Shown here: piece by piece, positions 14,041 to 24,747 of the stretch
How positions within the stretch are numbered: position 1 is the stretch's first letter
Layout of the letters: each line of letters begins with the position of its first letter
DNA from: Lama guanicoe
Taxonomy: Eukaryota
Direction: 5' to 3'
Length of the DNA stretch: 64,000 bases
Assembly: GCA_013239625.1 (NCBI GenBank)
Contig: MU053652.1
Span: 248,001-312,000 of the forward strand
Notes under the pieces: generated by a model
Told to the model about the DNA's origin: nothing
Databases searched by the model: none
The model's input: only the letters and a program-made list of their open reading frames with translations
Made by a program: the position numbers and the translations under genes

Positions 14041-14469
14041 GGAACTAACCTTATAAAAAATAAGCTATGATATATTAAAAAAAATTCACTGTATTAATTT
14101 CATCTTGGGCAAACCAGATAAATCAGAGGGTAATTACTAGTATAACGTAGGCTCTTCATTATACAGGAGGAGTCCTGCATCCTGGATTGTAAAAATATCA
14201 ATTTCCTCTACTGCCCTTGAAGTAACACTTTGCATACAATTTTTGTGGACACATGCCTTTTGTGTAAGATAAAACACACTTATACAGGCATGCAGTCATC
14301 AGTTCCACTTTTAAACACGGGATGCCCAACACAGCTTAGCATGCTGCTGTGCACACAGTAAGTACTCAATAAATCTCTTGTAAATTCTTAAATCTTAGAT
14401 CGGTTGCTCTGCTTATGGTTATTTTCTTTTATGTGAATGCTAGGATTCACAAGAGTGAACCCACTGAAT

Positions 14470-15000
14470 ATATTTAAATGTGACCCTGTCCCCAGTCAGA
14501 GGAGATTGGTTGAAGGATGAGCATCTGACCCAAGCAGAGCCAGTCTTTCCCTGGAAAAAAAAAAAAAAATAAAAATATATATATATATATAAAATCTTAG
14601 GGCCAAGGAGCACGTGAATTAATCCCTTTCTAATAGTGGGAGCTGCCAGATGTAAAACCAGATGTAAAATTTAAGAGCTCTTGATGGTCATGTTCTCTGC
14701 CATGTACAGAAAATAACAGAGTCATTTAAAGTATAGGGGATGAAGCCAGCATGGAGAAAATACAGAGATGAGAAATGATGAGAGTCCTGGAGGTGACAAG
14801 AGTCCAGGAGACGACGAAAACACTGGGGATGACAGGAGGCCAGGTTATGTTCAGAGATGGTCCTCAGTCTCCCTGAGGTTCTGCTGCACCTCTGCCCTCC
14901 CCATAGTTTGGTTGTGTAAGATACTCCACTCCCTCCTAATAGATTCACATACAGTGGCTCAGGTTGGATTCCTGTCACTCTCCAGCAAAAGAATCCTGAT
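14470..15000 (+). mobile_element. Old MaLR LTR relic (MLT1J/K-like) interrupted by an A/(TA)n tract
   Basis: gattggtt..ggatgagcatctgacccaagcagagcca and terminal ggttggattcctgtcact...aaagaatcctga motifs. Confidence 0.55.
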
Positions 15001-15315
15001 GGTATGAATAGATAAATAAAAAACAGATTCGCCTGAATTTTCTCCCCACTAATTCCTTTAAGTGATTCAACCAGATGGTTCGGCATAATGAAGGTATGGG
15101 CTAATTTATCTGTGGTTCCTATTCAGAGAGAGAGGGAAGGTATTCATTTCAAGCAAAATTTACTTTCAGGCAATGTGTCAACGTGAATCTGAAGCTCTCG
15201 ATCACAGTGTCATGGGTGTAAAGGACTTGTCTTCTTCCCACAAATTAACTGTGGGTTTGGAATCCTTGTGGAAGAGATCAAGACTGAGGAACTGCAAAGT
15301 CTTCCTTTCTCAGAG

Positions 15316-15321
15316 TTTATT
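15316..15321 (-). terminator. Candidate polyadenylation signal (AATAAA) for the large alternative terminal exon
   Basis: Plus-strand TTTATT at 15316-15321, about 510 nt after the TAG. It is the first canonical hexamer I see downstream of the stop. Confidence 0.45.
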
Positions 15322-15833
15322 TTGCTTCTGGACCTCTCAATAAAGCAAGAAGCCTGAGAAATTTTTCTAATCTAGAAGTGAATTTCCCTAATGAAGAAAA
15401 CGAAACTTACTGCCAGTATGGCACTGCTTCAGCTGGAGCTGGAACTCATGTTAGAATTCGCACAAGTCTGGACCAAAGGCTCCTTGCTGACACCAACTAT
15501 TAAGACCAGCTCTATCAGCTGGCAGCAGGGGTACCACTTGCTGGGTATCCCTCCAGAGGGCGCTCTTCCAGGCTGCGATGGCAGGCCACAAAAGAGACGC
15601 AAATGTGCAAAGACTGGCAGCCTTCTAAGACTCTATCCACGGGCCCCACCCTCACTGACTTGGGGTTGCGGAGGGAAGCTGGTGTACAGACCACAGTGCC
15701 CTGGGATGGCTTATACCTCGCTGCTCTGACTGCCCCGAGCCCGCAGCCTTCCCTTCCAGCTGCCCTGTTCCTCGGCAGACACCTGCTCCTGGGCTGCGGC
15801 TGGGCTGCTATTCCGCGGTGCTCCCCCATGTTT

Positions 15834-17875
15834 CTAGGGATGTCTCTTTCTGGCTTGCTGCCTGGAAGCACTGTCCCTTTGGACCGAGCTCTCTCTGGTC
15901 TGGCTGGTCCCCTGATGGGTGTGCGTCTCTTTAACAGGCTGCTGGGCGGGGGCCACGCCATCCTGCTCTGAGGGTTCCGGAGCAGTCTCTCCCTTCTGAG
16001 AACTTCCTCTTCTATGACTCTCTCTCTTTCTTCTTGGATGTCCTCCAGGAGCAGAAGTGCTTGGTGGTGACTCTGCAGAGGCATCCTCAGTAGGTTTATT
16101 TTCCTGAGATAATCCTCCAGGATTATTTCTTTTTGAAGGTGGTCCCTTTTTAGACATGGCTACCTTCTGAACCTGGGCATTTAGGGGGAGGTTGGTATGG
16201 GCCTTTTTCCTGGAATAATGTACTTTTCCCCTTTTCTCTTCCTGTAACTGGGCCTCTGTAAGTAACGGTGCTGTATGGGGTGGGTCAGCAATGCCTGGTG
16301 TATGGCCTTTTTCTCTCTGGTCCCCCTGACGGCTCCCAAGAGGGCTGGGGTTAGGGGGGCTGGGCGCCTCTGGGGGAGTGGGCTCTCTCTGGGATTCTGG
16401 CTGCCAGGCTGCCTGCTGGCCTCCAGGTGGCGCCCGTCTCTGATGTGCAGGCCCCTTAGGAGTCTCTTCGTGGGTGGGGAGTTTTTTTTTTCTAGCTCCG
16501 GTCTGCTGCACTGGCTTTTGGTTTTGGGGCGAGGCCTGTATGTCTGGAATCTTCTTGCTAGAGGAAAGGCCTGCTTTGGGAGCCTGCCTTTCCTCTGCAG
16601 GCCTCGAGTCACGCTGGGCTGCCCTGGTGTTCTGCGGCAGCTGCCGTTCGGAGAAAGAAGTGGGGATCTGCGGGAGCTGAACTGCCTGAGCCCCCTCTTC
16701 CTGGGGCGGATCAGGGGCAGGCTGTGGAGCCCGGTCCTGGGCGGGGGGACTGACAAGAGGGAGTTTCACCTCCCTGACTTTCTCCTCCTGGACTTGCCGA
16801 GGACTGTGGCCCTGATGGGGGCTCCGAGTCTGTGGCTGCTTGGGACGAGGGGAACTGATGGGAGGCAGTTTACTGGGGTCTCCTTCCTGAGCTGGCGGGG
16901 GCCTGGGAGAGGGAGTCAGGGTCTGATCTGAGGCGGTCCCTGAGGCCCCCGCCCGGCTGGGTGAGAGGAGTTTGGGTGTGGGTCTCCGACTCTGGAGGGG
17001 AGCAAGGACCCGGGGCTGGGGCAACCTGGTGGGAGCCAGCCGGCTTGTGGGAGGCAAAGCCACTAGGTCTTCCCTGTCCTGGGTCTGTCTGGTGTTTGTT
17101 GAGCCCTGAGGGTGTGACAATTCTGGGTAAGGAGTGCTGACCCGGACAACTTCAGCTTTGGGGACTCCCTCCTCTAGAGGTTGTTGAGAATCTCCCAGAG
17201 GTGGTCCAGGTGTCTTGGCCTTGTCAGGACCAGAAGGATCTCTTGGAGCATGATGGGAACTGTTGGGTGGCAGGCTGGCTGACCCAATTTCCTCATCCTG
17301 CGTTCCCTGGGGGCTGAGGGATGTTGGGCCAGACCTCTGTGCAATTTCAGACGGGGGAGGGCCGGTGGGGAGCACTGTGGCCTCCCCGGATTCCTCATCC
17401 TGGTTCAGCTGAGGGCTGCGCGCTGGCAGTGGGTCAGGGTGCCGAGGAGGCCCTTGGGAAGGAGTTGGGGAAGGCTGCCCTCCTTCACTGGCTTTCACCC
17501 CGGATGTCTGGGCCTCATTTTCAGGGAGATTTGTGGTTGCCGTTTTGGAAGAAAGATCTGATTGTTGAACACCCTCATCCTTCTGGTTTGGAGCCTCCTG
17601 GGGAATACCAGGCGCTGATGTGCTGGGCTGTGGAGGAGGCTCGGCGCTGCCGTGGCCACGGGGAGAAAGCTCTTCTTGATGGGTTGCTCCCTCCTGAGTC
17701 AGCTCTTGGTTCTGGGAGGGAGCTAGGCTCTGATTTTCAGGGACCTTGGCAGGAACCTGCATTCCAGAGAGATGCTCTGTCATCCGGCCATCGGCCTGCA
17801 GTTTCGCCAAGCGCCTTGGGGATGGAACCAGGTGTGCTGGCACCCCAGAGGCAGTCTTCTTGCTAGAGGGAGCTC
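15834..17875 (-). CDS. LRGUK: LRGUK large alternative terminal coding exon, ~680-aa Pro/Gln/Ser/Arg-rich low-complexity tail (GAPSSKKTASGVPAHLVPSPRRLAKLQADG...RQQARKRHP*)
   Basis: By far the longest ORF in the window (669 aa, 15834..17843). It extends upstream in frame to the acceptor ctaacttctttttatattgaagcAG (AG at 17876-17877; branch-like CTAAC). Phase 1 matches the donor at 23857. TAG stop at 15834-15836. Confidence 0.85.
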
Positions 17876-19194
17876 CTGCTTCAATATAAAAAGAAGTTAG
17901 CTAAAAACATCTCAACAGGTACGACGATGTAACTTTAGAAATTAATAACAAAAAATCTTTCCCTTGGTTGATGCACACAGGCCCTTGAAAAGAATAAAAT
18001 TACACATACAGAAGAATTTAACTGCCCCTTCTCCTTGGCTACAATTTTTCTTATTTAGTGGAATTAGAGCAATTTTTAGTCAATGGAAGACATACACTTT
18101 AATGAATAAACATAAAAAGGCTTATTCACAGAACCAAAATCTACACTCAAGTCTGAGAGTGATAAGAAAATTTTCTAAGTGAATGAGATTTTAAAATTTT
18201 CACCACCTTAGAGGTCAGTGCTGTTTTTGATGGTAGAAACTAGACGATGGCCATCTAACCCAGATAAAGTCGCATTTGTTTCCTTGTTTAATGGCCTTTC
18301 TCCTTGTCCTGTAAAGAAACTGTGAGCTCTCTGAGGAGTCGTGCCAGTTTACCAGTGACCAGCAAGGCGCAGAAGCTCAGCGAGCACTCAAAAAATAAAC
18401 GATGAGTGGAAGGAGGGAAAGAACAGATCCCATGGACTCACAAGGCTCCAGGGCTCAGAGGAGCTGCTCCTGAGGACCCACCTTCCAAGCTGCTGCCCCA
18501 CCCCCACCCCCACCCAAGGGCTACCTCTTCCCTCCAAGTCTCTACCGGCTTTAAAATTGGCTCTCAGAGGCCACTAGCAATACTGATGCTGCAGAGGGGT
18601 GTCCCTGCTTTCAGTCGCCACCACGGGAAAACATTCTGGTCTCACGGACAGTCTCACGGACACAGTCACCCCACAGACACCTGCTTACGACAGAAGCCCT
18701 GATATATTCTGCCCACGTACCACTTTAACCCAGTCTGGCTCTGAAATGCCACTGGTCAGAGGTGGCACCCCAGTCTGCAACAGCCTTGAAGAAACTAGTC
18801 TCCTCTTATTTGGGGGCACACCAGACACTCAGACACTCCACACCAAATCAGACCTCGGAGGTGAACCCACGGTGGTCCAGCCCCAGAAGAAAACCAGGCT
18901 CCTGGCCGCCTTCCTCTCTCTCCCCACAAAGCAGGATGAGCTTGGACTACTCTGGCTTCTCACGGAACTTCCTAGTCTGGGCGTGTACCCCGTGCATCCA
19001 GTCAAGCCAGGTGTCCTGGGGGGGGTGGAGGCGGTGAGAAAGAGAGGGGGGACAAGGAAACTCTTGCCTCTGGTGGGGTTTCTGAGGGGCTGCCCTGTTC
19101 TCTATTCTTATCACCCTAGCTTATAACAGTTATAAGTTAAAATACAAATTTAGTTAAACAAGGTTAAAATAAAACATAAGAAGAGTGAAAATAT

Positions 19195-19435
19195 TTAGAA
19201 AAGGCAAATTCATAGAGGCAGAAAGTAGAGTAGAGGTTACCACGGGCTGGGAGGGGCGGGTGGCTGGTTACTGCCTGATGGGTATGGAGTTTCTGTTTGA
19301 GCTGATGAAAAAGATTTTAAACCGGTAGCGGTGATGGTTACACAACATTGTGAATATAATTAATACCTTTAAGTTGTACACTTAAAATAGTTAAAATGGC
19401 AAAATTTTTGTTATTTTTTAACCACAATAAAAAAG
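19195..19435 (+). mobile_element. L1MB-like 3' end
   Basis: aggcaaattcatagaggcagaaagtaga...ggtgatggttacacaacattgtgaat...cacttaaaatagttaaaatgg...accacaataaaaa. Confidence 0.8.
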
Positions 19436-22400
19436 TCACTAAGAAAAAGAAAAATATAAGAACGGTGAAATCCAATGCTGAAGTTTCTTTCCATCTTTAA
19501 GCCCTTCTGGCTTCCTGTAATCAGACACACAAGGATTTTTTCCCCCTACTTTCACCATTTAACAATTCACATAATTTGGCAAATGATACCGTGCCATTTA
19601 TTAGAGATAAAGGCACCACTTTATGGACTAGTAAATTGCTCAATTTCCCCGTTTGACTCATCATCACCATCATCATTTTTCTCTACCATTAGTCAGAATT
19701 CTGAATAATGATTTTCAAATATAATTTTATTTTATGATCTCTATCATGAGAACCCAGGGTGGTACTTGAATCAGCTTTTTAAAAGCTTTACTGGAAGTAC
19801 TGACTAATCCAGAAATCAGCTGTACAGAAACAAATGGAGGATAAAGACATCCCTGAAACTGAGTTGTGAATATAGTGAGTTTTTCCTTATTTTGTAGAAA
19901 CAATATTATTTACTCAGGATTTTTTTAGTCTTCCTGCTTTAGAAATGAATATTACTTACAGGAGAAAAAATAAAATAATTCTGTACTTTAATTGATATAC
20001 CCATTTTTAATTAATGGTATGTCTAAAGATCTTGAGGGCTTATAATCACTCTGTACCCGAAGTTACTATTTTACACATGCATTAAATGAACATGTAATTA
20101 ATCTCTCCTCCAGTTAAGGTTCACATTTCTAGGTCCAGGCTGAGGGGCTGCTGTACTCAGAACTGACAGACCTTGGGCTTACTTCCATTACTTTATTCCA
20201 CTCTCATCGTTAAGAGGAAGAATTTAGAATTGCATTCTCAGTTACAAATTAGCAACATTGAAATTACTAAAGATAAAGCTATGTATTATTACTTCAAATG
20301 TTTGGCAGTCATTTTCAGTTTGCACTGACACAGGATTACTGCTTCTATGAAAACAATGCCATTGGCCATCAGATTTCTATTTGAACTGAAGCTGAACATG
20401 GAGATGGTCTAACCCAACTGAAGAGAACAGCTTGGCTCTGGAAGAGCATAAAATGTCCTAGAACATTATATATAGTTCATCAGGGGTTTGTTTTTTAGAA
20501 ACGGGAGTTCATGTGATTTCCTCTAATCAAATGAATGACTACTGGTGAAATTTAGAATACAAAACTAAGGCTTCCTATTTCCGGCCCAGTTTTCTAATGG
20601 CACAGACAAAACTAACGCTCATAGAATCTTACTTATCTTTTATTTCAGTTTCTTACCTTTGATAGCTCAATTATATATAAAAATTATTCCAGTATACTAA
20701 AATTAGGGATTTTTGTTTCTAGGAATGCCATGAACATTTATGTAAGTGATGTAAGTCTCTATGCAGATATACCTAAACCACAGAGCTTAACATCAGAGTG
20801 ACCCAGCTCAGAGCAGAGACCAAGAGTGGAGAGGCAGCCGGGCCTGTGGCAGTGACCCTGCTGGGGCTCTAGGCCCTTCTCTGGGAGTCACAGCCTTCAT
20901 TTTGCGATGATTATGACTGGGCGCTGCTCTCCTGCAGGGAACCCGTTAACACCTGCCCGCACAGCCCTGAGACCCAGAGGGCCACTAGCTTTGCTCCTGG
21001 GCCGTTAGAGACACTGTAAGAGCTTATTAATAAGGACTAGGTTAATTAGAATTTTTAAATACTTGAATAATATCTGGGCTCCACAAAGTCACTTTATGTG
21101 CAAGTGTATCCTTAAGCCATCAACTGAAAAAAGTAACTTCCTCCCCAGATTAACTGTATAAATAAAATAAAGAGTTTGACTTCTTAAGAAAACACATTAT
21201 TTTCCAAAATAGTAAACCTGCCAGAAAAGCAGAGATCTGTTGGGGCCGGAGATTTGGTATATTAATTACAAACCCTCTCATGTACTTTTTAAAGCTGGGA
21301 TTCTATTAGTCAATAACTGGATGGCCCAGTTTCAGTTATTAAATGTATCTGTGAGTGATAACACTACTACAAATTCCATAATTCATACTTTTCATTAAAT
21401 CAGACAGGCCTAACCTAATTAGTCCAAATAAATGAAGTTTCAAGATACCCTTTAAAACAGAAGTCTATCTTCCTCTGCACACATTATCTGGTCTATTAAT
21501 TTGCCAAATGGCAGCTGCATCCAACAGTTTGTGTTCCTGGTGGTGGCAGAATAAGAGAAGCCAGAGGGCCGGTCAAGCTCCAGAGCCACGATTCAGAGGC
21601 GCCTCGGGCATTGCTGATTGAGAACCACGTTCGCCTCAGGTACTCAGAGCTACTCAGGCTCGGGGGATCAACTCAAGTTTCCCCAAACCCCTGAGGGGCT
21701 GATTTAAAAGCCAGAACACCCACTTATTAATTTACAGTGGGAGACAGGCTGGCTCAGGGATGGGGCAGGGTGCTCTTACAGAGGGGAGCCCCCTAGAGAC
21801 AAGCCCACCCCGGGGGACTAAATTAAACACCAGAGGTTGCTGGGCTAGCAAAGAATGAAAGCAGCGGGAGCCAGATTTCCTCAAGAGAAACTTCCATGGA
21901 GCTACAGAGGCCTCAGGCACGCACAGCTTTCTAAAGAGTGCAGCCTGGCGCAGAGGAGGAGAGCAGTGCTGGGTGGCCACGCCCGCTCCTCCCTGAACGT
22001 CCCCTCTGTGGATGGAGCGTGGTCCCCGCTCCTCCAGGTGTGCCTACTTTCACTGTGCCCACTTTCTTCAGGTTCCTTCAGGGCACCTGTCTCCTAGGAG
22101 ACATACCTAGAAGCAAAACCTCAGACATTACCCACCAGTGGTTACACTAACCTCATTCAGAATTCCAGGGGCACCTGCCCTGGGAGAAGTGTGTAGAGTT
22201 GCACAACAGCACAGTTAGTGTGGACTCAGGTGAAACAATAACCTGGCCTCCTCCTGCCTGGCCAGGATGCGACCTGGCCAGCAAGATCCTGCTTGGGCAA
22301 AAGTATCGCAAAGGCTAAACCACCAGTACACACACAGCCGTGGAACATCCACACTTCCGCATGGCAGCAAGTCTCACATTAACATTCTACAACATGCCAT

Positions 22401-22436
22401 GCGTTACTGCAGTTCAGCCCACTGTGGAAGCGTTCT

Positions 22437-22447
22437 TCTATTATTAT

Positions 22448-22479
<32 letters not shown>

Positions 22480-22485
22480 TTATTA
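22437..22485. repeat. (TAT)n/(TAC)n trinucleotide microsatellite
   Basis: Read directly from the sequence. It gives the poly-Leu in ORF 22267..22500. Confidence 0.95.
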
Positions 22486-23170
22486 CAGTATGTAACATAA
22501 AATTTGCCATCTTAACCATTTTCAAGTGTACCCTTCAGTAGTGTTAAGCACATTCGCACTGTGTGCAACCAATCCCCAAAACTCTTCATCTTGCAATCCT
22601 GAAACTCCATCACCATTAAACAACACCCCCATTTCTCTCTCCCCAGTCCGTGGCGAGCATCCTTCTACTTTCTGTCTCTTTGAATCTGACTACTCTGGGT
22701 ACCTCATGTAAGTGGAATCATACAGTCTATGTGTTTTTGTGGCTGGCTTACTTCACTTGGCAGAATGTTTTCAAGGTTTATCCATATTGTAGCAGGTGTC
22801 AGAATTTCCTTCTTTTCAAAGGCCGAATAATATTCTTTTATATATATAAACCATATTTTGTTTATCCATTCATCTGTCGATGAACACTTTCAGCTATTGT
22901 GAATAATGCTGCTGTGAATGTGGGTGTACAAATACCCAAATATCTTTGCAAGACCCTGCTTTCAGTTCTTTCAGGCATACACCCAGAAGTGGAATCACCA
23001 GATCAGATGGTAATTCTATTTCTAATTTTTCTGAGGAACCACCATACTACTTTCCACAGCAGCTACACCATTTTACGTTTTTTCTTTCTCCACAACCTTG
23101 CCAACACTTATTTTCTATTTTTTTGTTTTGTTTTGCTTATTCATAGCAGCCACCTTAATGGGTGGTGAGG
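22485..23170 (-). mobile_element. L1MB-like 3' fragment, tail decayed into (TAC)n/(TAT)n
   Basis: acataaaatttgccatcttaaccatt...gtacctcatgtaagtggaatcatacagt...cccagaagtggaat...ctgaggaaccaccatact. Confidence 0.8.
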
Positions 23171-23857
23171 TGAATTTGGGTAGAAACTGCTAAATACATC
23201 TCAAAATACTCATGTACTAAAAATAAAACTCTAAGTTAGGGCTTTAGAATTCCTAGATTCCAAGGAGCTGCACTCAGATACCCCACGACATTTGCTGTGC
23301 ATGATTTGTGGGGCAGCTGGGGAGCATTAAGTCCATCTGACAAGACGGCAAACTGAAGGTCAGAACAGCAAAGCAGCTTGTCTCCCAGGGGCTGCCGGAC
23401 TGGGATCAGGCTAACATCCTCTGACCAGTGCTCTTCCGTTACACTCTGCAGTGCAACAGTTTGAGGACTATGGCAACATGAAGAAAGGGGAAAAGAATCT
23501 CTTGGATTAAAACAGTGCTGCTGAGCAGAAAACCACCTCAGCTCCCTAAGGGAGCCAAACTTCCCGAAGTCTGAGTTCTGAGCCATGGGGCTGACCCTTC
23601 TCTAAGCCTCCAAGGCACTGCCCAGCACGTCCTGGAAGGACAGTCCTCTGAGGCTCATTATGGTCACCGAGACAAGCAGAGGTACAGGTGCAGAGGGCTG
23701 ACGGGTGTAGCTTGTTTGTGGGGACAATGGCACCAGAGGCAGCACAGGGATTAAAGAGTTAGAAGCAGCTTCAGCCTAGCTGATGAATCCCCACAGATTT
23801 GTTTTTCTTCCCATAGGAGGGAAAAATAGTTCTGGCACAAAAGGAATAGGATGGTAC

Positions 23858-23953
23858 CTGCAGTTGGAGCCAAAGTCTTGGCAGTTTCCTCCGACAACCC
23901 TAGGTACTCTCGAATGAGCTCACTCAGCCTTTGGTAGGCAACATCCAGGTCAT
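23858..23953 (-). CDS. LRGUK: LRGUK internal coding exon (probably exon 15), end of GK-like domain: (D)DLDVAYQRLSELIREYLGLSEETAKTLAPTA(G/D)
   Basis: 96 bp, phase 1/1. Acceptor cgtAG at 23954-23955, donor GTACCA at 23852-23857. DDL..A...L..LI terminal helix of guanylate kinases. Lies inside ORF 23751..24011. Confidence 0.95.
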
Positions 23954-24054
23954 CTACGGTAAAGGAGACAATGTGCTTTAAAGCAACAGAATTACATTCA
24001 AATAGAGTCAACCCATCGTAATGGTTTTTTAGCTAGATCTAATTTTATGAATAT

Positions 24055-24515
24055 TGTGGTAGGCAGAATTCTAAGACCCAATGGTACTTCACCCTTATAT
24101 AATCATCCCAGCTTGAGTGTGGGCAGAACCTGTGAACATGATGGGCTATCACTCCTCTCCTGCAATTTTATTAGATTCAATGGCAAAGAGATATTTGTGA
24201 ATGTAATTAAGATTACTTATCAGCTGCGTTTGGGCTGATCAAAAAGGAGATTATCTGGGTGGGCCTACTCTAATCACATGATCGCCATAAAAGGAGGTTT
24301 TTTGGTTGCAGAAGGCAGACCCTTGAAACATGAGGAGGACTTGATGGCCTGAAGACAAAGAGGGCTGTGTGGATAGGACCTGGGAATAGCCTCTGAAAAC
24401 TAAGGGTGACCCTTGGCCGACTGCCAGCAAGTAATCAGACACCTCAGTCCTACAACCACAAAAAACTGCATTCAGTCAACAATGAAGATGTACTTTAGAG
24501 CAGATTTTCCCCCCA
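24055..24515 (+). mobile_element. MaLR LTR relic (MLT1-type)
   Basis: Begins tgtggtaggcagaattctaaga and contains gagattatctgggtgggcc and gccagcaag...acctcagtcctacaaccacaa, recalled MLT1 hallmarks. The 3' end is truncated. Confidence 0.75.
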
Positions 24516-24545
24516 GTAACCTTACCCTTGCTGAAAGTTACTGAC

Positions 24546-24747
24546 CTGCATTGATTACTGCATCAAAATATCCTGGGAAGTCCTGACTAATTTTAACATA
24601 AAGGTCCACTCTGGAGACAGCAAATTCAATCTCTACACGACTGAATAATCCTTTTCTCCTCAAGTAGCCCTCATATTTTTTCTTGTTCATGGGTACCACC
24701 AGGATATATCGAGGCTCAAAATAGGAATGTTTTAAACTTCTTACACC
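24546..24747 (-). CDS. LRGUK: LRGUK internal coding exon (probably exon 14): GVRSLKHSYFEPRYILVVPMNKKKYEGYLRRKGLFSRVEIEFAVSRVDLYVKISQDFPGYFDAVINA(D)
   Basis: 202 bp, phase 0 to 1, open frame. Acceptor cgtAG at 24748-24749, donor GTCAGT at 24540-24545. GK core/LID region ending in FD.VIN.D. Confidence 0.96.

Noticed and set aside
15834..17843. The 669-aa ORF as an independent intronless gene or retrogene
   Set aside because: It starts at GTG, has no TSD or poly(A) remnant, and is preceded by an in-frame acceptor whose phase matches the upstream LRGUK donor.
15391..17866. Plus-strand ORFs (15391..15729, 15603..15971, 16275..16931, 17321..17866) as an antisense gene
   Set aside because: They are Leu/Gly/Trp-rich shadows of the Pro/Gln-rich minus-strand exon, expected in GC-rich coding DNA. 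I see no domain or splice support.
23751..23857. In-frame read-through of the 23858 donor giving a short alternative C-terminus
   Set aside because: A 35-codon open stretch into an intron is expected by chance, and nothing else supports it.
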